NCBI GenBank assembly: GCA_045591055.1
Contig: JAZNSD010000076.1
Coordinates: 32,481 to 96,480, forward strand
Reading direction: 5' to 3'
Length of the DNA: 64,000 bases
Origin: Acutalibacteraceae bacterium
Lineage (GTDB): Bacteria; Bacillota; Clostridia; Oscillospirales; Acutalibacteraceae
The notes beneath the pieces were generated by a model. That model was not told the origin of the DNA, made no database searches, and worked only from the letters and a program-made list of their open reading frames with translations. How positions within the stretch are numbered: position 1 is the first letter of the stretch; each line of letters starts with the position of its first letter. Shown in pieces: positions 30,197 to 38,987 of this stretch. A program made the position numbers and the translations under genes.

Positions 30197-31510
30197 ATGG
30201 ACGAATCTTTGAGACTTTTACTTATTGAAGCAGATATGTATAAAGAGGAAATGGAGAAAACCTGGTTTAAGCTTGTACAGTTTTCACAGCGTCTTCAGCT
30301 TACGGAAAATGAAACTCTGAATGCGCTGGGCAGTGAGCTTCTTGTTAAAACTGCAGAATTCAATGAAATTGCAGCATTGCTTGAACAGTCCGCATCTGCC
30401 GTTTCTCTTGCTCTTACTCAGACCGGGGAGTCAGAAGAAAACTTTGCTGAGCCTTTTGCACCTGAAAATAAAGAAGAAGAGGAAGCAATTGCCCCCGCAG
30501 AAAGTGCATTTGCGCCTGCAGAGGAAGGTGTATTCGCACCTGCAGAAGAAAGTGTATTCGCGCCTGCAGAGGAGAGTGTATTCGCGCCTGCAGAGGAAGG
30601 TGTATTCGCGCCTGCAGAGGAAGGTGTATTCGCGCCTGCAGAAGAAAGTGTATTCGCGCCTGCAGAGGAGAGTGTATTCGCGCCTGCAGAGGAAGGTGTA
30701 TTCGCGCCTGCAGAGGAGAGTGTATTCGCACCTGTTGATGAAAGTGTATTCGCACCTGCAGAGGAAAGTGTATTCACACCTGATGATAAAATCGGATCCG
30801 CACCTCCCTTTGATGTTGTTGAAATATCAGGGGGAATCGGACAGCCGGAGCTTCCTCACGATGATGTAGTTTTTCCTGAAGTTGCAGCTTCGGATGAAGC
30901 CGTTGTGATTCCCTCAGAATTCAGCTATATTGATGAGGACGGTACGATTCATTGCGGAAAGTGCGGTCATAAGCTGAGAAAGGTTTCAAAATTCTGCTCC
31001 GCATGCGGAAATGCCGTAAAATTCAGGGAGGATGAAGTGCCTGCAAAAGAAGAGCCTGCCCGTCCTGAGATAATCAATAAGCCTGCGCCCTCAGGTGTTC
31101 ATGTTGATTTTACAGGAATAGAAGAGGCTGAACCGGAGGAGGGTATTTTTGAAAGCCCGGAGGATACTTCGGAAAAAGCACCTCTCGGGGGATTTGTTAG
31201 TAAACCGAGACCTGCGGCAACACTTCTGCGCCACAAAAACAACAGTCTGATTCTCATTGATAAGGATGAATTCCTTATAGGCAGAGAGGCAGCAAAAACA
31301 AATTACAGCATTCCCGACAACAATGCTATCAGCAGAGTGCACATGAAGATCTTCTTTGAAAATGAACGCTATTATATTATCGACTGCGATTCGGTGAACG
31401 GAACATATCTTAATGAAAAGTCCGTTTCCTCCCATACTCCCGAAATGCTGTTCGACGGCAGCGAAATAAGAATAAACACAGAAACCTTTACATTTCAGGT
31501 TTCCTATTGA
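30197..31510 (+). CDS. FHA-domain protein with a zinc ribbon and an acidic octapeptide tandem-repeat region
   Basis: The C-terminal FHA signature is LIGREAAKTNYSIPDNNAISRVHMKIFFENERYYIIDCDSVNGTYLN. The zinc ribbon is CGKCGHKLRKVSKFCSACGN. There are 12 VFAPAEE(S/G) units. Confidence 0.8.
   Translation: MDESLRLLLIEADMYKEEMEKTWFKLVQFSQRLQLTENETLNALGSELLVKTAEFNEIAALLEQSASAVSLALTQTGESEENFAEPFAPENKEEEEAIAPAESAFAPAEEGVFAPAEESVFAPAEESVFAPAEEGVFAPAEEGVFAPAEESVFAPAEESVFAPAEEGVFAPAEESVFAPVDESVFAPAEESVFTPDDKIGSAPPFDVVEISGGIGQPELPHDDVVFPEVAASDEAVVIPSEFSYIDEDGTIHCGKCGHKLRKVSKFCSACGNAVKFREDEVPAKEEPARPEIINKPAPSGVHVDFTGIEEAEPEEGIFESPEDTSEKAPLGGFVSKPRPAATLLRHKNNSLILIDKDEFLIGREAAKTNYSIPDNNAISRVHMKIFFENERYYIIDCDSVNGTYLNEKSVSSHTPEMLFDGSEIRINTETFTFQVSY
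30506..30793 (+). repeat. In-frame 24-nt tandem repeat (about 12 units) with a 96-nt higher-order period
   Basis: The unit is GTATTCGCGCCTGCAGAGGAAGGT with variants (GAAGAAAGT / GAGGAGAGT endings). Units 1-4 and 5-8 show the same variant order. Confidence 0.9.
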
Positions 31511-31524
31511 TTCTGAATAAACGT

Positions 31525-31560
31525 ATCCCCGCAAAAGCTTTTTAAGGCTCTTGCGGGGAT
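31525..31560. terminator. Hairpin terminator shared by convergent genes
   Basis: ATCCCCGCAA - 16-nt loop - TTGCGGGGAT. The flanking A/T-rich tracts are weak. Confidence 0.55.
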
Positions 31561-31564
31561 ATTG

Positions 31565-32731
31565 TTATGTGTTTTTAATTTTTCTTTCCGTAATAAAATT
31601 ACAGATAAATACGCCGAGACACAATACGGCAAGAAGGAAGGGAGTTATTGCAAAGGTGGTGGCTGTAGCGGCAAAGCCGTAGACAAGCTGAATAAAAAAG
31701 CCTGCGGCATATGCCCCGCCCATATGGTAGCCTGTAAGGTCAGCCGAATATTTTTTTCCGAATCTGCGCGGAACACTGTGAAGTATTGTGGGGAATATGG
31801 GACCGAAGCCTGCACCTATAAGCAAAAATCCGGCAAGAGAATACTTTCCCAGAGGCAGTGCGAAAATAACGATTCCTGCAAAGGATGCAATTATTCCCAT
31901 CTGAATCAGGGTTTTGTCGGAAAGCTTTATTGAAGCAAAGCCTGCCACGATTCTTCCGAGCATTATTCCGCCGTAATAAAGAGAAACCCATTTTGCCGCC
32001 TCATCGGGAGCGATAAGGAAAGAATTTACGGCATAGGTAGCACCCCAGGTGCCCAGAGTAAATTCCATTCCGCAGTAAAGCCCCATAGAGAGAATACTTG
32101 TGAGGACGCCTCTTATTCTGAGCAGATCAAAAAGCTTTGCACTGCCCTTTTCTGCGTCTTCAGCTTCTGCCGCCGCAGATTTTTCTGTTTTTTCCCATTT
32201 TTTCAGCGACAGTATAATTACTGCCGTAATTGCAAGCTGCAGGAGTGCCACTATTCTGTAGCCGCCCCGCCAGGAGGATGTGTTATCGGACAAAAAGCCT
32301 GACATTATAAGGGGACTTATGGTCACTCCCAATCCCCAACAGCAATGCAGCCAGTTCATATGCCGTGCTTCATAGTGAAGAGAAACAAAGTTATTGAGTC
32401 CCGTATCTATAGCCCCTGCTCCGTAGCCTAAAAGTACGGAGAAAAGCATCATAACTACAATGTTGGGAGATATGCTTATTCCCAGAAGTGCAACAGCTGT
32501 GGTAAGCGTGGAAAACAGAGTTACCTTAGCCGTGCCGAAGCGCCGTAACAGCTTTCCTGCAACGAAGCTGACCCCGCCGGTGCATATTCCTGTTATGATG
32601 CTGTAAAAGGATGCGAAGCTTTCGGGAATTCCGAAATCGGTGTGTACCACGGGCCAGGCAACGCCGAAAAGAGAGTCGGGAAGCCCGAGGGACACAAAAA
32701 CAATATAAATTACAATGAGAAGAATTGCCAT
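31565..32731 (-). CDS. MFS transporter
   Basis: Start moved to MAILLIVIYIVFVSLGLPDS so that it does not overlap the upstream gene. 388 aa with about 12 TM segments. Confidence 0.75.
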   Translation of the reverse strand: MAILLIVIYIVFVSLGLPDSLFGVAWPVVHTDFGIPESFASFYSIITGICTGGVSFVAGKLLRRFGTAKVTLFSTLTTAVALLGISISPNIVVMMLFSVLLGYGAGAIDTGLNNFVSLHYEARHMNWLHCCWGLGVTISPLIMSGFLSDNTSSWRGGYRIVALLQLAITAVIILSLKKWEKTEKSAAAEAEDAEKGSAKLFDLLRIRGVLTSILSMGLYCGMEFTLGTWGATYAVNSFLIAPDEAAKWVSLYYGGIMLGRIVAGFASIKLSDKTLIQMGIIASFAGIVIFALPLGKYSLAGFLLIGAGFGPIFPTILHSVPRRFGKKYSADLTGYHMGGAYAAGFFIQLVYGFAATATTFAITPFLLAVLCLGVFICNFITERKIKNT

Positions 32732-32753
32732 ACTGATAGAACCTTGCGTAAAA

Positions 32754-34550
32754 TTATTCTGCAGATGAAGCCTTATATTCTGCTGCTTCAGATACAGCTT
32801 CTGTATTTTCCTGAGCTGCCGCATCTGCTCTCTTTTGCAGCTCCTCCATTATAAAGGCGTGTTTTTCGTCGGTGTAGTCCCAGAAGAAAATATAGGGAAG
32901 GCTCATAAGAAGATAGCCTGCCATATCGAATGCAAGACCGATGATCATGCATTTTACCCTTACGTCTGCGATAAACAGCACGTCCCAGTCGGAGGTGAAG
33001 CCTACACGGTAGAACATAAGAGGAATTATAAGGCTTATGAGCGCGGAAATGGGGCCTGTGAACCAGCCTACCACGCCCTGATATGCTTCAAAGCGTTCGC
33101 CCGATATATACATCTGATAGTCGCTGATTCTGATATCCATATCCTGAGAGGCAAGCTCAATGGCAGATTTGAGAGCATCGCGAAGACAGATGCCGATGAA
33201 AAGAACAATTCCGCAAAGCATGGGGGAATCGCCTAAGAAAAGGAATGCGAGAATAAATATTCCGCTGGAAAAGAACATTATCAGCTGCTTAAAAACGAAA
33301 AGTGTTTTGAACTGGAAGCGTTTTCTTATCCATGGAGCTAAGAATGCACCGGGATTTCCTACGAAAGCAATTGCATTTTCCGCAAGAGCAAAGAAGAAGC
33401 CTGTTTCTCTCCATGTGTATATAAGCATTATCTGTCCTATGCCTATCATGCCGTTTCCGAGAGAGTCAAGAAGTGCAGATGCCTGCTTTATCCACAGGTA
33501 TTTGTTTTTCATAATACCGTCGATGCAGTCCCAGAAGGAATAGTATTTCTTTTTATCAAGAGGAGGTGCGGGAATTCTTTCCTGAATTTTGCCAAGTCCC
33601 GCATACATCATAACGATGCTCAGCCCCAGTGCGATGGGGATAATATACTGGAAGGTGCCGCGGTCTCTGATGCCGTTTACGAAAAACATGCCGGAAACCG
33701 TGGGTATGATCATAGTCATAATTGAACGGAGAATATGGCTGAGCTTAACGGGCCAGCAGCGTATAAGCATTCTTTCGTGTCCGTTGGGGCTTATGTTGTC
33801 GGCAATCTGCTGAGGAGCACCCGTAAAGCCAAACATTCCGAAGAGCTGGAAAAGCACATAAAGCTTCCATACTCTGTCGATAAGAGGCTGCTCATACAAG
33901 GGAAGCTCGCAGATAAGCACAACCATTATAAGACACTGTACGATGTTTGCATATGCAAAGACCTTGTATCTTCCGAGCTTGGGAATAAGCTTTTTCTTGA
34001 TAATGATACATCTGAAGCCGCCCCAGCCTGATACAAACATATGTATACCGAAAATTTTAAGTATACTGTAGAGGTTAAGTCCCTGCCACTTGGTATTCAT
34101 ATAATCCCTGAAGGCGTCGGGGAAGGGGATTATACGGGACATATCTAAAATCAGAAGAATAAGTCCAATTGCGGCAACAGAGAGATAAATTGCAAAATAT
34201 TTATTCTCCGTCTTTTTCGGCAGTATTCCCAGATTTGCATCAATACCCATATTGAGCATACTCCACAGATATCCCGAAACGAGGAAAAATGCATTGATAG
34301 CCGAGAATGTGAGCATGGGTATCTCATAATAGTATGCTACAAGATAACAGCCTGTGCCGAAGGAAAGGAAGCCTAAAAGGTGCTGAGCGGAATAGTTTCC
34401 GCCTACGGCAAGGAAAATGGAAATATATTCTTTATAGGGGACATATTTACCCTCTGCAGGAGTGCTCCAATGAGTTCTGAATTCAGAAACAAGGTTTCCT
34501 GCCTTTTGTGTGAAGGGTACCTTTTCACCTGCTGATTTTTTACTCATCAT
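32754..34550 (-). CDS. GPH/MFS-type polytopic transporter (598 aa)
   Basis: It has at least 12 hydrophobic helices and the same general architecture as the GPH paralogues at 51707 and 53468. Its start abuts the upstream stop (TAA ATG ATG). Confidence 0.65.
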   Translation of the reverse strand: MMSKKSAGEKVPFTQKAGNLVSEFRTHWSTPAEGKYVPYKEYISIFLAVGGNYSAQHLLGFLSFGTGCYLVAYYYEIPMLTFSAINAFFLVSGYLWSMLNMGIDANLGILPKKTENKYFAIYLSVAAIGLILLILDMSRIIPFPDAFRDYMNTKWQGLNLYSILKIFGIHMFVSGWGGFRCIIIKKKLIPKLGRYKVFAYANIVQCLIMVVLICELPLYEQPLIDRVWKLYVLFQLFGMFGFTGAPQQIADNISPNGHERMLIRCWPVKLSHILRSIMTMIIPTVSGMFFVNGIRDRGTFQYIIPIALGLSIVMMYAGLGKIQERIPAPPLDKKKYYSFWDCIDGIMKNKYLWIKQASALLDSLGNGMIGIGQIMLIYTWRETGFFFALAENAIAFVGNPGAFLAPWIRKRFQFKTLFVFKQLIMFFSSGIFILAFLFLGDSPMLCGIVLFIGICLRDALKSAIELASQDMDIRISDYQMYISGERFEAYQGVVGWFTGPISALISLIIPLMFYRVGFTSDWDVLFIADVRVKCMIIGLAFDMAGYLLMSLPYIFFWDYTDEKHAFIMEELQKRADAAAQENTEAVSEAAEYKASSAE

Positions 34551-35507
34551 TTATCCCTCCTGTTCTCTGAGATTATCAAGACGCTCTTTTTCTGCCTTTG
34601 CGTCTTCAAGTGTTTTTCCGTATTCGGGCTTGATTGCTGCGTGATAAAGCACCTTGAGGTCGTTTTTCGGCAGCCAGCTTTCACCGACGAAAATGCTCTC
34701 TTCACTGTCAGCCCCCATATACATAGTGCTTATACCCGTGCAGGAGAAAAATGCATAGTCGTCAATTTCTTTTACCGTAGAGGGAATATACATCACGGGA
34801 CTTAAGCTTCCGCAATAGCTGAAGGCATCCGCACCGATTGAGGTGAGTCCCTCGGGAAGCCATACCGTCCACATATTTGAGCAGTTAAAAAATGCCATAT
34901 TGCCTATGGTTTTAAGCGTTGAGGGAAGGGTGAGATGAACAAGGTCAAGGTTTTTATAGAAGCTGTAGCTTCCTATGTTTTCAACACCCTCGGGGATAAC
35001 ATATGTGTCGTGGGTATCGCTTATCTTTTCTTCCTTCTTCCACTGACCGTTCATAATAGGATGAAGTACAAGAGTTTTCATATCCTTTGTGAATAAAACA
35101 CCGTCAACATCGCAGTAATAAGGGTTTTCTTCGTCAACAAAAACCGCCTTCAGCTGCTTGCAGTAGTAAAATGCAGAGTCCGCAATATGCTGCACATCCT
35201 TGCCGATGTGGATGAACTGCACAAACTCGTCGCTGACTACCGTGAAGTCGCCTACACTTACGACAGGCTTTGTTTCATCGGGGTCGGTGCCCTTTTCGCT
35301 TCTTACATAGTCAATATAAATTTCTGTTGTGTCGCTGTTGCCGTTGAAGCCGTAAAACTCCCAGCCGCAAAGTCCGGTGTCTGCTATGTTTTCCTGTTCC
35401 TTGTATTCGAAGGTGTCTCTTGCTATGGAGAAAAATGTAAAGGACAGGGAAAGTCCTATGAACACAGTGAGGACAACAACGAAAACAGCTTTTTTCCAGG
35501 TCGCCAT
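34551..35507 (-). CDS. Membrane-anchored leucine-rich repeat protein (BspA-type LRR_5)
   Basis: Start set at MATWKKAVFVVVLTVFIGLSL, preceded by AAGGAGGTAC. Repeats include IPEGVENIGSYSFY / LPSTLKTIGNMAFFNC / LPEGLTSIGADAFSYC / IPSTVKEIDDYAFFSC. The 106-codon upstream extension was rejected. Confidence 0.75.
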   Translation of the reverse strand: MATWKKAVFVVVLTVFIGLSLSFTFFSIARDTFEYKEQENIADTGLCGWEFYGFNGNSDTTEIYIDYVRSEKGTDPDETKPVVSVGDFTVVSDEFVQFIHIGKDVQHIADSAFYYCKQLKAVFVDEENPYYCDVDGVLFTKDMKTLVLHPIMNGQWKKEEKISDTHDTYVIPEGVENIGSYSFYKNLDLVHLTLPSTLKTIGNMAFFNCSNMWTVWLPEGLTSIGADAFSYCGSLSPVMYIPSTVKEIDDYAFFSCTGISTMYMGADSEESIFVGESWLPKNDLKVLYHAAIKPEYGKTLEDAKAEKERLDNLREQEG

Positions 35508-35728
35508 AATGTACCTCCTTAAAAAGAATATCCTGATATTAAATATGATTTTAGCATATCGATAATATATTATCAACAAAAGCTGTCGGGCAGTTTTTGA
35601 ACAAATTGTAAATATTGTACATTGTCTGTATTTTTTGCAGATATAAAATCCGGAATCGTTCCGAATGCACTTGAAAGAAATATACCTTATGGTGTAGAAT
35701 AAATACATTATTATGAGGAGAGAAAAGT

Positions 35729-37090
35729 ATGAAAAAAGCAAAAAGTGTTTTATCGCTGATTCTTGCGCTTTCAGGAATTCTGTCAGTATGCTTTTTTTAT
35801 CCCGGAGAATTTTCTGCACGGGCACAGGAAGACGTAACAGCTCTGACGGAAGAGATTTCTTCGGTTTTATCCGAAGACGCCGCTAAGGTCGTGCCGCCCG
35901 AAGAATTGTTTCTGGGTGATATTGACCGGAACGGCAAAGTAACTGCCGCCGATGCCAGAATCGCTCTTCGTATTTCGGTAGCACTCGAAGAATATGACAA
36001 AGAAATCCTATATTACGGGGATTATATTGAAGACGGAAAAATAACCGCAGGAGATGCAAGACTTATTCTGCGTACATCTATCGGACTTGAAGAGCTCCGA
36101 CGGCCCGACGATAAGCTGAAGGAGAATATTGCACCTCCTCATACACAGGAAGAGCTTAAGGAGGAATGGCTTGCTTCATTCCCCGCAAGTGTTTCATATG
36201 ATGATCTCGAAAGCAATATGTACTGGATGGTAAATGATCTCGGTGTGCGCAACTGGTGGAGCTCAGATCAGAACTATGCAGGAAATCTGATTTATGAAAG
36301 ACTTGTTTACTACGGTTATTCATACAATGACTGCAGAAAGCAGGATTTTTATCGCGGCGGAACTCTCGGCAGAAATATTATTGCAAGGATTCCCACCTCA
36401 ACGCCTGATCCCGACATCATTCTTATTATGGCCCACTATGACACAGTAAGAGGCACAGGCGGTGCTGTTGATAATTCTTCAGGTACGGTTGCCTTATTGC
36501 AGCTTGCTAAAATATTCAAGAATAAGCAGAAGGATTTCGGTGTTGAAATAAGATTTATGTTCTCTGCCGGTGAAGAGCAGGGATATTACGGTGCATACGG
36601 ATATCTGAATTCTCTCTCTTATTCCGAGAAGATCCGTCATAAAATAGTGTATAATGTTGATATGGCTGCAAGACCCAACAAAACCTACAGCCCCTCAAGA
36701 GAATACTATCTTTGTGTAAGCACGGAGCCTTCATCAAGCAGCGCTTATTATTCTCCTGCAGCACGCTCCAACGTTGGAAGCCGTGCCATTGATGAGGCAA
36801 AGGATATACTCGGCTATCTGGGAGAGGATGCCTACTATTCTCCCGTGCGTGCAGGATATCATGATATCATACCCTTCAGAAGTGCAGGTCTTCCCGCACT
36901 CACACTTTCCTGGAGGTGCTATGATCCCTCTTCAAGCCACGGCGCCGACTACGGACTTGCCGCGCCCCTTCTTATACATACTGCTTCAGACAATATGTAT
37001 AACTTTGATATGATGTCGCTTTATAACACTACAAAGCTGATGGCACTCTCTTCAGCAATCCTTGTAAGTGATTATATCGGAAAATTCTGA
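35729..37090 (+). CDS. Secreted M28-family metallopeptidase with an N-terminal dockerin module
   Basis: It has a signal peptide and two Ca-binding dockerin repeats (GDIDRNGKVTAADARIALRISV and GDYIEDGKITAGDARLILRTSI). M28 motifs are MAHYDTVRGTGGAVDNSSG and SAGEEQGYYGAYGY. Confidence 0.8.
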   Translation: MKKAKSVLSLILALSGILSVCFFYPGEFSARAQEDVTALTEEISSVLSEDAAKVVPPEELFLGDIDRNGKVTAADARIALRISVALEEYDKEILYYGDYIEDGKITAGDARLILRTSIGLEELRRPDDKLKENIAPPHTQEELKEEWLASFPASVSYDDLESNMYWMVNDLGVRNWWSSDQNYAGNLIYERLVYYGYSYNDCRKQDFYRGGTLGRNIIARIPTSTPDPDIILIMAHYDTVRGTGGAVDNSSGTVALLQLAKIFKNKQKDFGVEIRFMFSAGEEQGYYGAYGYLNSLSYSEKIRHKIVYNVDMAARPNKTYSPSREYYLCVSTEPSSSSAYYSPAARSNVGSRAIDEAKDILGYLGEDAYYSPVRAGYHDIIPFRSAGLPALTLSWRCYDPSSSHGADYGLAAPLLIHTASDNMYNFDMMSLYNTTKLMALSSAILVSDYIGKF

Positions 37091-37106
37091 GACCGCTGAA
37101 TTATGA

Positions 37107-37138
37107 ATTACCCGCTTCGCACGGCGGGTAATTTTTTT
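37107..37138 (+). terminator. Rho-independent terminator
   Basis: ATTACCCGC-TTCGCACG-GCGGGTAAT followed by T7. Confidence 0.8.
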
Positions 37139-37142
37139 GCCG

Positions 37143-37170
37143 TGCAACTTTTCAGGGGCGTCAGACGTTA
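37143..37170 (+). promoter_or_regulatory. Candidate ECF-type autoregulated promoter (AAC-N17-CGT)
   Basis: GCAAC (37144..37148), 17 nt, then CGTTA (37166..37170), about 25 nt upstream of the sigma factor start. Confidence 0.35.
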
Positions 37171-37194
37171 TTAAGGTGAAAGGAGCTGATAGAG

Positions 37195-37665
37195 ATGAAT
37201 GGCTTATTTGAAGAGCTGGTTGAAAAATATGCCGACACGGTCACACGCATATGCTTTATAAATCTCGGGAGCCGTGCCGATGCCGAGGACGCTTGGCAGA
37301 ATGTTTTTATAAAGCTTTTTAAGGCGGAAAAAATGTGGTATAAGCCTGAAGAAGAGCTTCGCAGATGGATAGTCACGGTTTCCTATAATGAATGCCGTGA
37401 CATAAAGCGCAAGCTTTTTCACAGAAATCACTATGACATTGATGAGCTTCAGGTTACCTATACAGAGGATTTTGACAAGGAGCTTGTTTCTTCCGTGAGG
37501 GAGCTTCCTCATAAATACCGTCAGGTGATAGGATTGTATTATTTTGACGGTTACCGTATTGCCGAAATATCAGATATCCTTTCAATAAAAGAAAATACAG
37601 TAAAATCTCTGCTGAAAAGAGGCAGAGAGCTTCTGAAAGGAGCGTTGACAGATGAAAAAGCTTAA
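37195..37665 (+). CDS. ECF-type RNA polymerase sigma-70 family factor
   Basis: 156 aa. Region 2 (DAEDAWQNVFIKLF) and region 4 HTH (LPHKYRQVIGLYYFDGYRIAEISDILSIKENTVKSLLKRGRELL) are present. Confidence 0.9.
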   Translation: MNGLFEELVEKYADTVTRICFINLGSRADAEDAWQNVFIKLFKAEKMWYKPEEELRRWIVTVSYNECRDIKRKLFHRNHYDIDELQVTYTEDFDKELVSSVRELPHKYRQVIGLYYFDGYRIAEISDILSIKENTVKSLLKRGRELLKGALTDEKA

Positions 37666-38650
37666 TGTTGAAACTCCCGAAGAATGGAAAAGCGGACTTT
37701 TCCTGAGGCTTGAAAAAAATAAAAAACCGGTAATAAGACCCGTAGTTTTTCTTGCTGCCTGTCTTGCTGCAGTAATTTGTCTTTCCGCCTCTGCTTTTGC
37801 CGTGAGTGCCGTGAGAGCACCCGAATATTTCGGTTCATTGTTCCTCGGACAGTCCGAAACTGCAGATGCTTTGTATTCTCCGAAAAATATTGTTTTTGAA
37901 AGCAGCCGTGATGACCTCACCCTGACCTGTAAAGGAATAGCAGGAGACAGCTTCGATGTGTTTATGCTGTTTGAGCTTGCCTCAACGGGAGATACGGTGT
38001 TTAACGATGAAAGCACATATTATTTCGGGGAAGCACAGCATGATATTTCTTCAATATTTCCCTTGGGCAGCTTTTCAAGAAGCATCAGCGTCAGAATAAT
38101 TGATGAAAAAAAGGCGGAAATAGAAATATGCTTTTCTGCTTCCGAGGGCGGTTCATTTTTAGGCAGGGATGTTGAGTTTTATTTTGAAAATATTGAAGTA
38201 TGGGGAAAAGACAGAGATGACGGCACTCTTGTTGCGGAAGAATGCGAATTCCGCGGTAAGGTGAGAATCGACTATGCTGCCACACTCAGGAAAATGAAAA
38301 AAAACTCTGAAGTCCTTGTATCAGACGGAGTCAGCTTTATTCCCCTTAAAGGGTCAATATCAAATTTTAATCTTGATATAAAGCTTAAGGTCGCAGACGG
38401 CATGGAAATATATGAAAGCACCGAGCCCGAAGGCCTTGTTTCGGGAACACTTACTCTGAATTTCAAGGACGGCACAAGCAAAGCCTTTATGCTTAAAATG
38501 CCTCCCGAGTCAGATAATGATGCCTTTTTCAGTTCCGTGGGAAAATCTGACAATGAGCTCAGTCTTCTGATTCATTTCCCGGAGCCTGTAAATGCAGATG
38601 CTGTAAGCAGCATAGAGCTCAATTCCTCGTGTCTGTTCACGGCAGAATAG
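37652..38650 (+). CDS. Putative anti-sigma factor (single-pass membrane protein with an extracytoplasmic domain)
   Basis: It overlaps the sigma gene by 14 nt. A short cytoplasmic N-terminus is followed by the TM helix VVFLAACLAAVICLSASAFAV and about 270 extracellular residues. Confidence 0.6.
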   Translation: MKKLNVETPEEWKSGLFLRLEKNKKPVIRPVVFLAACLAAVICLSASAFAVSAVRAPEYFGSLFLGQSETADALYSPKNIVFESSRDDLTLTCKGIAGDSFDVFMLFELASTGDTVFNDESTYYFGEAQHDISSIFPLGSFSRSISVRIIDEKKAEIEICFSASEGGSFLGRDVEFYFENIEVWGKDRDDGTLVAEECEFRGKVRIDYAATLRKMKKNSEVLVSDGVSFIPLKGSISNFNLDIKLKVADGMEIYESTEPEGLVSGTLTLNFKDGTSKAFMLKMPPESDNDAFFSSVGKSDNELSLLIHFPEPVNADAVSSIELNSSCLFTAE

Positions 38651-38677
38651 CTTTGATACAAATATTTTTGCAGTTTT

Positions 38678-38710
38678 CCTGTTGCGTGAATCCGCGCAGC
38701 AGGTTTTTTT
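38678..38710 (+). terminator. Rho-independent terminator
   Basis: CCTGTTGCG-TGAATC-CGCGCAGCAGG followed by T7. Confidence 0.75.
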
Positions 38711-38853
38711 GTTTGCCGTTCTGGTATTGTTTTGTTACCTTTTCCGTCATTATTGACATATATCGCAGGGAAAAAGACAGGTTGTTATTGTGTGAAACTT
38801 ATAACAAAGGTTACAAATTGAAACCTTTTTTCGCCGATATGGGCTTTGTTTTA

Positions 38854-38882
38854 TTGACATATCGGTAAAAAAGTAGTATGAT
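38854..38882 (+). promoter_or_regulatory. Sigma-70-type promoter for the polysaccharide cluster
   Basis: TTGACA, a 17-nt spacer, then TATGAT. This leaves a leader of about 100 nt before glf. Confidence 0.5.
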
Positions 38883-38987
38883 GAAACTAATAATGTGAGA
38901 TTGTATGCCTTTTTCAGACAGATTCTGTTCGGACTGACGGATTTCTGTGAATATTTGTAATTTTATATACAGGAAGAGTAATACGGA

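Noticed and set aside
30506-30793. The regular 24-nt repeat array was considered as a possible CRISPR-like array.
   Set aside because: The units are contiguous with no spacers, lie in frame within a well-supported CDS, and no cas genes are nearby.
30321-30869. Three long ORFs (30321..30869 +, 30414..30755 -, 30418..30777 -) with highly repetitive translations.
   Set aside because: They are alternative-frame or antisense readings of the 24-nt tandem repeat inside the FHA-protein gene. They have no independent RBS or non-repeat sequence.
35508-35825. A 106-codon N-terminal extension of the LRR protein ORF. Similar extensions occur at 32732..32824, 25433..25516 and 50803..50865.
   Set aside because: The extensions cover AT-rich promoter-like DNA or overlap neighbouring genes. 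Internal Met codons have good RBSs and give proper signal or TM N-termini, or the canonical L35 N-terminus.
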